Positions 1-9,079 of a stretch of DNA of 64,000 bases are shown here, piece by piece. This stretch comes from Candidatus Latescibacterota bacterium (GTDB taxonomy: Bacteria > Latescibacterota > UBA2968 > GCA-2709665). The stretch spans positions 32,001 through 96,000 of the forward strand of contig OZ244744.1 of assembly GCA_965219455.1 (NCBI GenBank), given 5' to 3'. Under the pieces are notes generated by a model. The model did not search any database. It was given only the letters and a program-made list of their open reading frames with translations, and was not told where the DNA came from. A program made the translations under genes and the position numbers. Position 1 is the stretch's first letter. Each line of letters opens with the position of its first letter.

Positions 1-1
1 G

Positions 2-433
2 GTTGTCTGCGAAAAACACCGCGGCAGCAGCAGGCCCTACTATAAGCTGCCGGGCGGCGCACTACACCCGGGCGAACATCTGGCCGAGGCCGTGGTCCGG
101 GAAATCAGGGAAGAAACGGGAGTCCATACTTCGTTCGAAGCGACGGTGTGTTTCCGCCACTGGCACGGCTACCGCCACGACAAATCCGACATTTACTTTG
201 TCTGCCGCCTGAAACCGCTCACGTACGAAATCATACTTCAACCCGAAGAAATCGAAGAATGCCTCTGGATGCCCGTTGACGAATACCTGACGTCAGACGA
301 CGTACATACCTTCAATCGCCAGATCGTCAGGGCGGCGCTTGCCAGCCCCGGCGTGGTGCTTTCCGACGTAGAAGGCTACAGCGACGGCAGGCGTCGGGAA
401 ATCTTCATGCCGCCGGGTATGGACGGGACCTGA
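2..433 (+). CDS. Nudix hydrolase (5'-truncated by window edge)
   Basis: Frame open from base 2; Nudix box GGALHPGEHLAEAVVREIREETG. Confidence 0.9.
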   Translation, partial: VVCEKHRGSSRPYYKLPGGALHPGEHLAEAVVREIREETGVHTSFEATVCFRHWHGYRHDKSDIYFVCRLKPLTYEIILQPEEIEECLWMPVDEYLTSDDVHTFNRQIVRAALASPGVVLSDVEGYSDGRRREIFMPPGMDGT

Positions 434-547
434 TCCCGCGTCAACCGGTCCTCCGACAAAACAGCCGAACGAAATCACATCGGATCGACAACGCCCCGAA
501 CCCGGCCGCCGGCAGCGTGACGATCCAGTATCAGGAAAAAATCACCG

Positions 548-2581
548 ATGAAATTACAGGAATCTCTCTATCGCCACATTCTCGAGAACCGCAGGGTTGA
601 CGACAACCCTATTGTGGGCTCGCTGAAACAAAACCTCCGCCAGGCCTGCGAAGATCATCTCAACCCCGAATCGCCGGCATATATAGACTATACCGAACGC
701 AGAGCGGACTTCTGGTTCACCCGGAGCGGCGGCCGTTTGCTTCCCAAATCGATTGAAACCCTTGCCGTCGGCGGCATTCTCCTTGACGGAAGGTACGCGG
801 CGGAGGCCTGCAACATCCTCCGGACGATCGTGAAATATCGCATCGTGGAAAACTGCGGCGGCACGAACTATGGGCGCCCGTACCGGACATGGCGGGACAA
901 TTGCCTGGACGCCGGCGCCAGTTCAACGGTGCTCGCCATTGGTCTGGACCTGCTCCGGCAAGAGCTGTCGGATGCCGAACGCCGGGAAATTGGAACCTAT
1001 TGCCTGCCGTTTATCGACTACACGCTGGAGAATCCGCCCGACCCCGAAGAGACCCGCCCCGACTGGAATATGGGCGCCATCGGGTGCATCGGCCTCGGCC
1101 TGCTCGGGCTGGTGTTACGCAACTACGGCGTATTGGACGAGTCCCGATTCAACCGGGCGCTGGCGTCGGCCAAAAGGCGGTGCCTGCTCTTCCTCGACAG
1201 GGGTCACGACGGCGAGGGCGCCTTTTACGAAGGCCCGGCTTACGGCGGCGCCACACTGCACTACCTCGCCCCGTTCGCCCTGGCGCTGGCCGTCTGCGGG
1301 GATCGGGAACTCACAGACCATGCGGGTTGGGAACGCATCGCGGAAGGTCTGGTGTATGAACTCATACCCGCTACGGGGCGGCCGAATCCGCTTAACGACT
1401 GCGGCGACCAGTTTCACATCGAATGGCTTTCCCTGCTGGCTTCTCAACAGAAGAACGGCCTCGCCCAGTGGCTCTGGCAGCGTATCGATAAACTCCCGGC
1501 CCACGGTGAATTCTGGCAGGCCCCGGACGGGGGCTGGGTCGACACCGTCACCCGTTACCTGCTGTACTTCGATCCGTCGGTAGAACCCGTGTCGCCGGAC
1601 GGCCAGGATCTCCGGGGTGTCAGGCACTTTCGCAACCGGGGGCTGGTGGACGTCCGTTCCGGATGGCAGCCCGGCGATTTCTTTCTCTCGTTTCTATGCG
1701 ACGTTTTCCCAGCGGGCGGCCACCGGCAGGCCGATCGCAACCACTTCGCGCTGCACGCCCTCGGAGAGAGCTTTGCCTGCGATTCCGGATACGCCCTCGA
1801 GAGGCTTCCCGGCACCACCGAAGTCCTTCGCCTGGGCGCGCTGGGTGAAGCCCACAATCTGCCTCTGGTGATGGGTGAAATGCAACGTCGCGGCCCCACG
1901 CGCAACGACGGCATCGTCCGTGCGGACATCCAGGGGTCCTTCCCCTATATCGAGGCGGAAGCGGGCGATAGCTACGCCTGCGCGCAACGGTTCGTCCGAC
2001 GGGTGCTCTGCCTGCCGGATGATCGCGGCGCGCCTGCCGCCGTGATCATCGTCGATCGCCTGGACTTTGAGATGCACGACCGTCCGATGCTGTCCTGGCT
2101 GTTGCACACCGCCGCCGGCAATCGCCTGGATTGCGGTCGGGATCGGGTCTCCATCGTCGGCGGCACGCGGGAAAACCGGTGCGACGTCCAGATCGCGACC
2201 CCGTGGCCGGGCCGCTGGCGCGAGGAAACTTTCTTTGACCATCCCCGGTTGCGCTACGACTGGTTCTGGAGCCCGCTGTTCTGTATTGTGGCGCTGGTCC
2301 CGTACCACAAGAACGCCTCCCCACCCGAGATTGACGCCAGCGGGAACGCCGAGGGCTGCGCCATTCGCATTCGCCAGGGCGACGTGGCCGACACCGTCCT
2401 GACCGCGGGGCCCGACAGTACGTTCGCTTTCGACGGCATCCGGACGGATGCCGAGTTCACGCACGTCCGAACCGCGGGTGATGAAATCGACGCCGGCCTC
2501 GTCGCCGCCGGTTCACTGCTCGACGTTCGAGGGAATCTCGTCGTTTCCGAATCACGATCCGTCGACTGTCACAGATTCTGA
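548..2581 (+). CDS. Heparinase II/III-like polysaccharide/oligosaccharide lyase
   Basis: 677 aa; helical N-half with WN...EGPAY; C-half RSGW...GHRQADRNHFALHALGESFACDSGY...AHN, typical of the Hepar_II_III domain. Confidence 0.75.
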   Translation: MKLQESLYRHILENRRVDDNPIVGSLKQNLRQACEDHLNPESPAYIDYTERRADFWFTRSGGRLLPKSIETLAVGGILLDGRYAAEACNILRTIVKYRIVENCGGTNYGRPYRTWRDNCLDAGASSTVLAIGLDLLRQELSDAERREIGTYCLPFIDYTLENPPDPEETRPDWNMGAIGCIGLGLLGLVLRNYGVLDESRFNRALASAKRRCLLFLDRGHDGEGAFYEGPAYGGATLHYLAPFALALAVCGDRELTDHAGWERIAEGLVYELIPATGRPNPLNDCGDQFHIEWLSLLASQQKNGLAQWLWQRIDKLPAHGEFWQAPDGGWVDTVTRYLLYFDPSVEPVSPDGQDLRGVRHFRNRGLVDVRSGWQPGDFFLSFLCDVFPAGGHRQADRNHFALHALGESFACDSGYALERLPGTTEVLRLGALGEAHNLPLVMGEMQRRGPTRNDGIVRADIQGSFPYIEAEAGDSYACAQRFVRRVLCLPDDRGAPAAVIIVDRLDFEMHDRPMLSWLLHTAAGNRLDCGRDRVSIVGGTRENRCDVQIATPWPGRWREETFFDHPRLRYDWFWSPLFCIVALVPYHKNASPPEIDASGNAEGCAIRIRQGDVADTVLTAGPDSTFAFDGIRTDAEFTHVRTAGDEIDAGLVAAGSLLDVRGNLVVSESRSVDCHRF

Positions 2582-2657
2582 CGACGGCAGGAAATCCCCT
2601 TCTGAACCGCTAACCAATCGTGTCTTGAGGGTCGGGTTTCGATTCCAGCACTCGCCA

Positions 2658-3503
2658 TTATCCTTCCGGCAATCGACCGAGGGCGTCCATCACCGGATCG
2701 ACGTCAAACACGTAACCGAACATCAAGGCAACCCTCCAAAGCGCGATCTCCTTGGCCAGTTCATCCGTGCAGCTTTCCCCGTTCTCCACCGCCGTTGTCG
2801 CCTGCCGGATGGTCGAACACACGTACCCCATCCGTCCCATATCGATCATACCTCCCGGGCTGGCGAGAAGGCACCAGTTGATGGCGAACCCGATATAGAT
2901 CAGGTGCCAGATTTCCCGTTCCCGGCAGACCGCGTTGAGCTGGTGGGAATTGATTACGACGGCCTCATCGGCATCCGGAATCGCCTGCGGCGCAAAATCG
3001 ACATGCTTGAACCCCGCCGCGATGTCCGTCTGGTTGTGGGCGCCGGTCATCTGCCTGCCCCGATCCGCCTGCCACTGTTTCTTCAACACATCGTCCACCG
3101 AGCCCGGCGCCGCTTTGGGCTCCTCCCCCGCCATCGCCCTGATTCGCTGATATTCGTCGTAAGACGCCGTATAACTCTCGCTCGATCCGACGTGAATTAC
3201 AGACAGTCCGGCCTCCCTTGCCGCCCGTAGAAGCGGCGGAAACACGCCTTTCGAAATCCTCATCGCTCTCGGCAGATACTCCACCATGCGGAACCAGCCG
3301 TCGTAAGGCGACCCCGGCCCGGGTGGAATTTCGTCCACCAGTCCGGGATTCCACGCGTGCATGCTGACCAGCGCCGTCCTTTCAAGCGGCACTTCCAGCA
3401 TCCGCGTGGTCCAGCCGGCGTAACCGCGCCCTGGAATATCCGCACCCAGATCCGCATCGTGCTGCCGGTAGTAGTGCGCGGGCAGCGTTAACATTTCGCC
3501 CAT
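2658..3503 (-). CDS. Isochorismatase-like cysteine hydrolase
   Basis: TALVSMHAW, LLRAAREAGLSVIH and LIYIGFAINWC motifs; GGAGG RBS upstream. Confidence 0.7.
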   Translation of the reverse strand: MGEMLTLPAHYYRQHDADLGADIPGRGYAGWTTRMLEVPLERTALVSMHAWNPGLVDEIPPGPGSPYDGWFRMVEYLPRAMRISKGVFPPLLRAAREAGLSVIHVGSSESYTASYDEYQRIRAMAGEEPKAAPGSVDDVLKKQWQADRGRQMTGAHNQTDIAAGFKHVDFAPQAIPDADEAVVINSHQLNAVCREREIWHLIYIGFAINWCLLASPGGMIDMGRMGYVCSTIRQATTAVENGESCTDELAKEIALWRVALMFGYVFDVDPVMDALGRLPEG

Positions 3504-3576
3504 TGGGCCTCCTTTTTCATGGCGGCAGCGTGGTCAGTTCGCCAGACCGCCCCTGTGATCACCCTGATGCGATCGT

Positions 3577-4782
3577 TCAAATGGCGCCGTCATTGCGGAG
3601 TTTTTCAATCTCCAGGGTTGAATATCCGAGATACTCCGCCAGAATCGGCTCGTTGTGTTCTCCTAGCGAGGGGCCCCGCCGAGGTTCAACCGATGCGCCG
3701 CCGACCTTTATGGGACTCGCCACCACCCGGGCGACTCCGAACTCCGGGTGCGGCAACTGCAGTATCATATTGTTCTCGGCCACGTGAGGGTCGGCAAAGG
3801 CCTGCGCCACCGTATTCACCGGGGCGCAGGGCACCTTTCCCTTAAGCAGCGCCAGCCAGTCGGCGGTTGTTTTCCTGCGAAAGAGATCCTTCAGGATCGG
3901 AACCAGAATATCCCGATTCTCCAGGCGATCCTCAAATGAGGAAAACCTCCTGTCTTCCGCCAGTTCCGGCGCCCCCAGAATGCGTACCAGATTTCGAAAG
4001 AACTTCTCTTTTGCACACATCACCACGAGCCATCCGTCCTCTGTCGGCACCACCTGCGACGGGATCTGCGACGGATGGGATGAGTCGGGCGTCCGATGCG
4101 CCTGATATCCCTTGGTGAGGTACCACGCCGCCACATATCCCAGGTGCGCCAGCGCCGTATCGAACAGATTCACGTCCACGTCGCACCCCAGGCCCGTCTG
4201 TCTGGCGCGGAAAATCGCGCTGGCGATGCCCAGAGACGCCATTGCGCCCGCCCCGAGGTCCACGAGGGAGAGCCCTGCTTTCGTCGGCGGCCCGTCCGGT
4301 TCGCCCGTAAGATTCATCCAGCCGGCGTATCCCTGCATCAGATAGTCGTATCCCGGCTCACCGGCTCGAGACCCTTCCCGCCCGAACGCGGAAAGCGAGC
4401 AGCATACAATTGATGACTTGACCTCACTCAGAGCCGGATAGTCGAGCCCCAGCCGGGCCGGAAGGTCTCCGCGCAGGTTGTTGAATACCCCGTCCGAAAT
4501 CCTCACCAGCCGATGCAGCACCTCCGTGGCTTCCGGATGCTGCAAATTCAGCGTCACACTCTTTTTGTTTCGGTTGAAGCTCTGGAAATACACGCTATCC
4601 TGTTCAGCGGTATACGGCGGCACGTAACGCGCAACGTCGCCGCCGGTCTCGGGGTTCTCGACCTTGATGATTTCCGCCCCGAGGTCCGCCAGCATCATCG
4701 TTGCCCACGGACCCGCCCCGAACTGCTCCACGGAGACAATCCTTATTCCACTCAATGGCGGATGTTGGTGTCCATCGTACAA
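3577..4782 (-). CDS. Family III (CaiB/BaiF) CoA-transferase
   Basis: PLSGIRI...AGPWATMMLADLGAEIIKVE, NRNKKS, GYD motifs; TTG start with GAGGA RBS. Confidence 0.95.
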   Translation of the reverse strand: MYDGHQHPPLSGIRIVSVEQFGAGPWATMMLADLGAEIIKVENPETGGDVARYVPPYTAEQDSVYFQSFNRNKKSVTLNLQHPEATEVLHRLVRISDGVFNNLRGDLPARLGLDYPALSEVKSSIVCCSLSAFGREGSRAGEPGYDYLMQGYAGWMNLTGEPDGPPTKAGLSLVDLGAGAMASLGIASAIFRARQTGLGCDVDVNLFDTALAHLGYVAAWYLTKGYQAHRTPDSSHPSQIPSQVVPTEDGWLVVMCAKEKFFRNLVRILGAPELAEDRRFSSFEDRLENRDILVPILKDLFRRKTTADWLALLKGKVPCAPVNTVAQAFADPHVAENNMILQLPHPEFGVARVVASPIKVGGASVEPRRGPSLGEHNEPILAEYLGYSTLEIEKLRNDGAI

Positions 4783-4900
4783 TTGTTCCTCTCGTTCTTC
4801 GAAATGAACGCCGGAGGAGTCGCCCGAAGAACCGTTCGTGGCGCCGACCCCGGTCGTTCCGTTTCATCCGGCTTCGCGACCAGACGCAGAAACCAGGTTC

Positions 4901-5782
4901 TCAGCGACCGGTCTGACGGCCGTTGCGTTCTTCCTCCTTGAGGCGATCCAGGAGTTCCCGAGCCCGTTCCAGAACAGGCCTGTCCACCATCCGGCCGTCC
5001 ACGGTCGCCGCGCCCTCGTCCGCCCGCCGTTCCAAAGCCGTAACGATCCGCCGGGCCCGCGCCACCTCGGCTTCCGAGGGGCTGAAAATTTCATTCACCG
5101 CGCCAATCTGACCCGGATGGATCACGGCTTTTCCGGCAAGCCCGAGGTCCCGGGCCTGCCGCGCCTCCAGGACCAGTCCGTCAGAATTGCGGATGTCGGT
5201 AAATACCTTGTCTATGGCCAGGATCTGTCCGCTTGCCGCAGCCACCGCCAGCGCCGACCGGGCGTAGTCGAGCAATCCCGTTCCCGGGTGCGAAAAGAGG
5301 CCCAGATCCAGCGCGAAATCCTCGGCGCCGAACATAAGCCCCAACAGCCTGGGTGTGGCGGAAGCGATCGCAGGGGCCTGTACCAGGCCCCTGGCGCTCT
5401 CGATGATTGCCAGAAGCTTCACGCCGCCGGATGGAATCCCCGCCTGCGTCTCGTGCCGGTCCAGCCACCGGTGCATCTGAAGCACGTCTTCCGGACCATG
5501 CACTTTGGGCAGCACGAGACCCTGCAGCCCTGCCCGCGCAATCGCCCGCAGATCGGCGTCTTGTTCGGAGGATCCGGCCGCATGAACTCTCACGAATCGC
5601 GGTGGGCCGCCAGGCGCGCTGTCCAGTGCGGCGGCCACCCGCTGGCGCGCAACGTCCTTCCCGGCCTCCGCGACGCCGTCCTCCAGATCGAATATCAGGA
5701 CATCCGCCGGCAGTCCCAAAGCCCTGTCGATCATCCGCTGCCGGTGCCCGGGCACAAATAGCCAGGACCGCATCGCCTTCAC
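4901..5782 (-). CDS. CitE-like CoA-ester lyase (HpcH/HpaI aldolase/citrate lyase family)
   Basis: RSWLFVPG, DLEDGV, IESARG, FGAEDF, GKAVIHPGQ motifs. Confidence 0.93.
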   Translation of the reverse strand: MKAMRSWLFVPGHRQRMIDRALGLPADVLIFDLEDGVAEAGKDVARQRVAAALDSAPGGPPRFVRVHAAGSSEQDADLRAIARAGLQGLVLPKVHGPEDVLQMHRWLDRHETQAGIPSGGVKLLAIIESARGLVQAPAIASATPRLLGLMFGAEDFALDLGLFSHPGTGLLDYARSALAVAAASGQILAIDKVFTDIRNSDGLVLEARQARDLGLAGKAVIHPGQIGAVNEIFSPSEAEVARARRIVTALERRADEGAATVDGRMVDRPVLERARELLDRLKEEERNGRQTGR

Positions 5783-6309
5783 CCGTCTTTCTCCTCGAGA
5801 ATCTCGGGAAAGGCATCTCCCGACGGCGCGTGCGCCCTCTTATAGATCATCACGCTGCGAGTCAAATCGATGACGACACGACCGTCCTGATTCACTCCCC
5901 GCGACCGCACGTTCACGATACCCGCTTCCGGGAACGACTTCGACTCCCGCCTGGCGAGCACCTCCGTCTCGCAATAGAGCGTATCTCCCAAAAATACCGG
6001 GTTGGGAAGCCGGATCTCGCTCCAACCCAGGTTCGCCATCGCCTGCTCGCTCACGTCCGGGACACTCATTCCTACGACCAGCGCGAGCGTAAAGGTGCTG
6101 TTCACCAGGATCTTTCCCCACCGCGTCCGACGGGCATACTCCTCGTCAAAGTGGAGCGGATTGGTATTCATGGTCAGGTGCGTAAACAGCTGATTGTCCG
6201 CCGCCGTCACCGTCCGCCCGAAACGGCTTCGGTAGACCTCGCCCACCTCGAAATCCTCGTAGCACCTCCCGGTCCATCCCGGTACCACCTTTTTCTTTGT
6301 TTTCCCCAT
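5779..6309 (-). CDS. MaoC-family (hot-dog) acyl-CoA dehydratase
   Basis: YEDFEVG...GRTVT..DN..F...TMNTNPLHFD; overlaps the lyase gene by 4 bp. Confidence 0.92.
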   Translation of the reverse strand: MGKTKKKVVPGWTGRCYEDFEVGEVYRSRFGRTVTAADNQLFTHLTMNTNPLHFDEEYARRTRWGKILVNSTFTLALVVGMSVPDVSEQAMANLGWSEIRLPNPVFLGDTLYCETEVLARRESKSFPEAGIVNVRSRGVNQDGRVVIDLTRSVMIYKRAHAPSGDAFPEILEEKDG

Positions 6310-6352
6310 ACCAGACCCCTATGCATCGTCATCGGCCGAAAACCCTTTTCAA

Positions 6353-6381
6353 TTGACATAGCGGCTGCTTTCATCCATAAT
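6353..6381 (+). promoter_or_regulatory. sigma70-type promoter for the MFS gene
   Basis: TTGACA-N17-CATAAT. Confidence 0.7.
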
Positions 6382-6428
6382 AGGCCCGGACCACAAATGA
6401 CACACCAATATGTTTTCGCCGCAATCCG

Positions 6429-7700
6429 ATGTCCAGCGCTTTCGAACGCGAATCGCCAAAACCCGGTTCAACAATGCCCGACCCTTCCTCCGCAGGCCTC
6501 AAGGAGTTGCTGAACCGCCGCTTCGCCGCCCTTCTCGTTGTATCCTTCCTTGCCAGTTTTATTTCCGCCCCCCTTTATTCCTCTCTCCTTCCCGCCTACG
6601 TCGAAGCGGGGCTTTCCCGGTCCCCCCTATTTACCGCCGGCCTGCGAGGGCTCTTCTTTATGCTGGGGGGTCTGTGTTCCGTGCCCGCCGGCATGCTTTG
6701 CGATGCCTTCGGCATCAAGCGTGTGTTGATTCTGGGCCAATTCGGTCCACTGCTGGCGGGCGCCATATTTCTCACGGGCGACCCCTATCTATTGTCGGCG
6801 CTCTCGATCGGCCTTGGAATGACGTTCGGATTCAGCAGCACGGGCGGGCAGAGCTACCTGCTCGGCGCCGCTCCAGCGGGCGTCATGGGCATGGCCTCGG
6901 CGGGATATTTTCTGAGCAGTACGCTGGGCAGCGCCGCGGGCAACCTGCTGGCCGGACCCGTAGCCGACAACCTCGGATACGAGCGCCTCGGACATCTGGC
7001 CTGCGCCACCGCCGCGGGTATCGTCGTTTTGACCCTCGTTATGCTGCCCAGCCTTCCACGCCACGCAAACTCCGATAGGTCGGCCACCCGTTCTCTCGCC
7101 GGTTATATCGACCTGTGCCGTCGCCGGGAAGTCCGCCTGCTGCTGGCGATTCGGTACCTGCCCACCAGCTATTGGGGCGCGGTGAGCCTGCTTATCCCGC
7201 TGCTCATCTTTCGTATCTCCGGAACCAACACGTCCGTCACCACGTACAGCGCCATCAGCCTGGTTGCCGCCTGTGGCTCGCAGTTACTGACAGGCCGGCT
7301 GGTTGATCGTATCGGCCGGTGGAGACCCGTCTTTATCTCATCCTCGCTTGTCGCCGTCAGCGCCGTGGGGCTGACGCTTTCGGCCCACACACTTGCCGGC
7401 CTGTACACCTTTGGGATTATGGCTTCGGTTTTCGCCTGGTCGCTTTCCACCACCATGCCCGGCATTCTCCAGTTAACCGCACGCGAGGGCGAAGAGGGGC
7501 GAGTGGTCGGCAGCGCGCACGTCGCATGGAGCGCCGGCATGCTCTCCGGCAGCCTGGGAGGCGGCAAACTCATCGACTGGGGCCCCGCGTTACCCTTCGC
7601 TATCGGCGCCGTCTTCGCACTCGGGGCGGTAGCCTGCGGTATCGGCCTTTACTACGTTCATCGAGCCACGGATCCAGGGCCCGCAAAACGCGTCGATTAG
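6429..7700 (+). CDS. MFS transporter
   Basis: About 12 hydrophobic segments; motif A copies GMLCDAFGIKR and GRLVDRIGRWR. Confidence 0.92.
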   Translation: MSSAFERESPKPGSTMPDPSSAGLKELLNRRFAALLVVSFLASFISAPLYSSLLPAYVEAGLSRSPLFTAGLRGLFFMLGGLCSVPAGMLCDAFGIKRVLILGQFGPLLAGAIFLTGDPYLLSALSIGLGMTFGFSSTGGQSYLLGAAPAGVMGMASAGYFLSSTLGSAAGNLLAGPVADNLGYERLGHLACATAAGIVVLTLVMLPSLPRHANSDRSATRSLAGYIDLCRRREVRLLLAIRYLPTSYWGAVSLLIPLLIFRISGTNTSVTTYSAISLVAACGSQLLTGRLVDRIGRWRPVFISSSLVAVSAVGLTLSAHTLAGLYTFGIMASVFAWSLSTTMPGILQLTAREGEEGRVVGSAHVAWSAGMLSGSLGGGKLIDWGPALPFAIGAVFALGAVACGIGLYYVHRATDPGPAKRVD

Positions 7701-7874
7701 GTTCGTCCAGCGCAGGTTCGCCCGTGAATGGGCGCTGGTGCCGTGGCGTCCCGGACGATCCGACACTTGCGCGTCGCATGTAGAACCGTATATTCGGAGG
7801 GGTTCCGAAACCACCGTCTAAGCGAAAGCGGATCTCGAGGTTGCGGTCCGCCTGTCAAGTTCAAGAGGTTCTCC

Positions 7875-9035
7875 ATGGATGACATACGCATCGGCCTCGT
7901 CGGCCTCGGACACCGGGGCTTGCACTGGCTGCGTCTCTTGCAACGTCTCAGCGGTTACCGCATCACCGCCGTATGCGACCCCATCGCCGCGTTACACGAC
8001 CGGGCGCTCGCCGCGGTTGACAATCCGGCCATTGCCTATACGGCGTACGATGACATCCTGGCGGACGGAAACGTGGACGCCATCGCCCTGTGCGTCCGTT
8101 GCAGGGAACAGGGCGCGCTGGCAGCCAGGGCCCTGGAAGCCGGCAAACACGTGAACTCCGAGGTGCCCGCCGCCCACACCATGGAAGACTGCTGGCGGAT
8201 CGTTACCCAGGTAGAACGCACCGGCCTGGTCTACCAGTTGGCCGAGCAGACCCGGTACTGGGGTTTCGTGGAAACCTGGCGAGACCTTGTGGCGCGGGGC
8301 CGGTTGGGCAGGATCACCTTCTGCGAAGGCCAGTATATCGGCTACTACGGCACCCGCCAGTTCTTTCAAGATCCGAACAAGGGCGAATTCTTTACGGTAG
8401 AGCAAATAAGCGAGCACCCCGAGGCCAGACCGACCTGGCTTCACGAAATGCCGCCTATCCACTACCTTCCTCACGAACTCAGTCCGATGCTCAAGGTACT
8501 GGACGACCGGGTGGTGGAGGTAACGGCCATGAGCACCGGCAGGCCCAGTTACTCCCATCCGGAAATCGGCCAGCCCGACATCCAGGTGGCCCTGATGAAA
8601 ACCGAAAAAGATGCGATTTTGAGGATGGCCACGGGATTCACGCAGAAAATTCCAAGCAGGCGGGGCCACCACTGGTACCAGGTGCTCGGTACACGGGGCA
8701 GTGTCGAATGGAAACGTTCACAGAGAGGACGCCCGCTCATGTGGCTGGCCGACGACCAGATGCACGACATGGCCGAGGTCGACTGGCGCTTTGAGCGTAC
8801 CGACGCGCCGCCCGAAGCGGTGTCAAGCGGCCACGGCGATGCCGACTATTACGTGCACGCCACGTTCCGTGATGCCGTCCGCGAGGGGAAGGCGATGGAA
8901 TTCGACGTCTACCGGGCCATCGAGACCGCCGCGCCGGCCATCCTCGCGGCGGATTCCATCAACCGTGGGACCCAGGCCATGAAGGTGCCGGATTTCCGCC
9001 CCACGGACGCCAGGCCCAATGGCGTTATGCCCTAA
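7875..9035 (+). CDS. Gfo/Idh/MocA-family oxidoreductase
   Basis: IRIGLVGLGHRG Rossmann motif; AGKHVNSEVP; ATG at 7875 with AAGAGG RBS (ORF-track start is too far upstream). Confidence 0.92.
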   Translation: MDDIRIGLVGLGHRGLHWLRLLQRLSGYRITAVCDPIAALHDRALAAVDNPAIAYTAYDDILADGNVDAIALCVRCREQGALAARALEAGKHVNSEVPAAHTMEDCWRIVTQVERTGLVYQLAEQTRYWGFVETWRDLVARGRLGRITFCEGQYIGYYGTRQFFQDPNKGEFFTVEQISEHPEARPTWLHEMPPIHYLPHELSPMLKVLDDRVVEVTAMSTGRPSYSHPEIGQPDIQVALMKTEKDAILRMATGFTQKIPSRRGHHWYQVLGTRGSVEWKRSQRGRPLMWLADDQMHDMAEVDWRFERTDAPPEAVSSGHGDADYYVHATFRDAVREGKAMEFDVYRAIETAAPAILAADSINRGTQAMKVPDFRPTDARPNGVMP

Positions 9036-9079
9036 CAGCCCGTTGAAAAAGTCCATCCGGGCTGAGAAGGGAACGGATA

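Noticed and set aside
9035-9055. CAGCCCGTTGAAAAAGTC, resembling an IS terminus
   Set aside because: No partner repeat or transposase nearby
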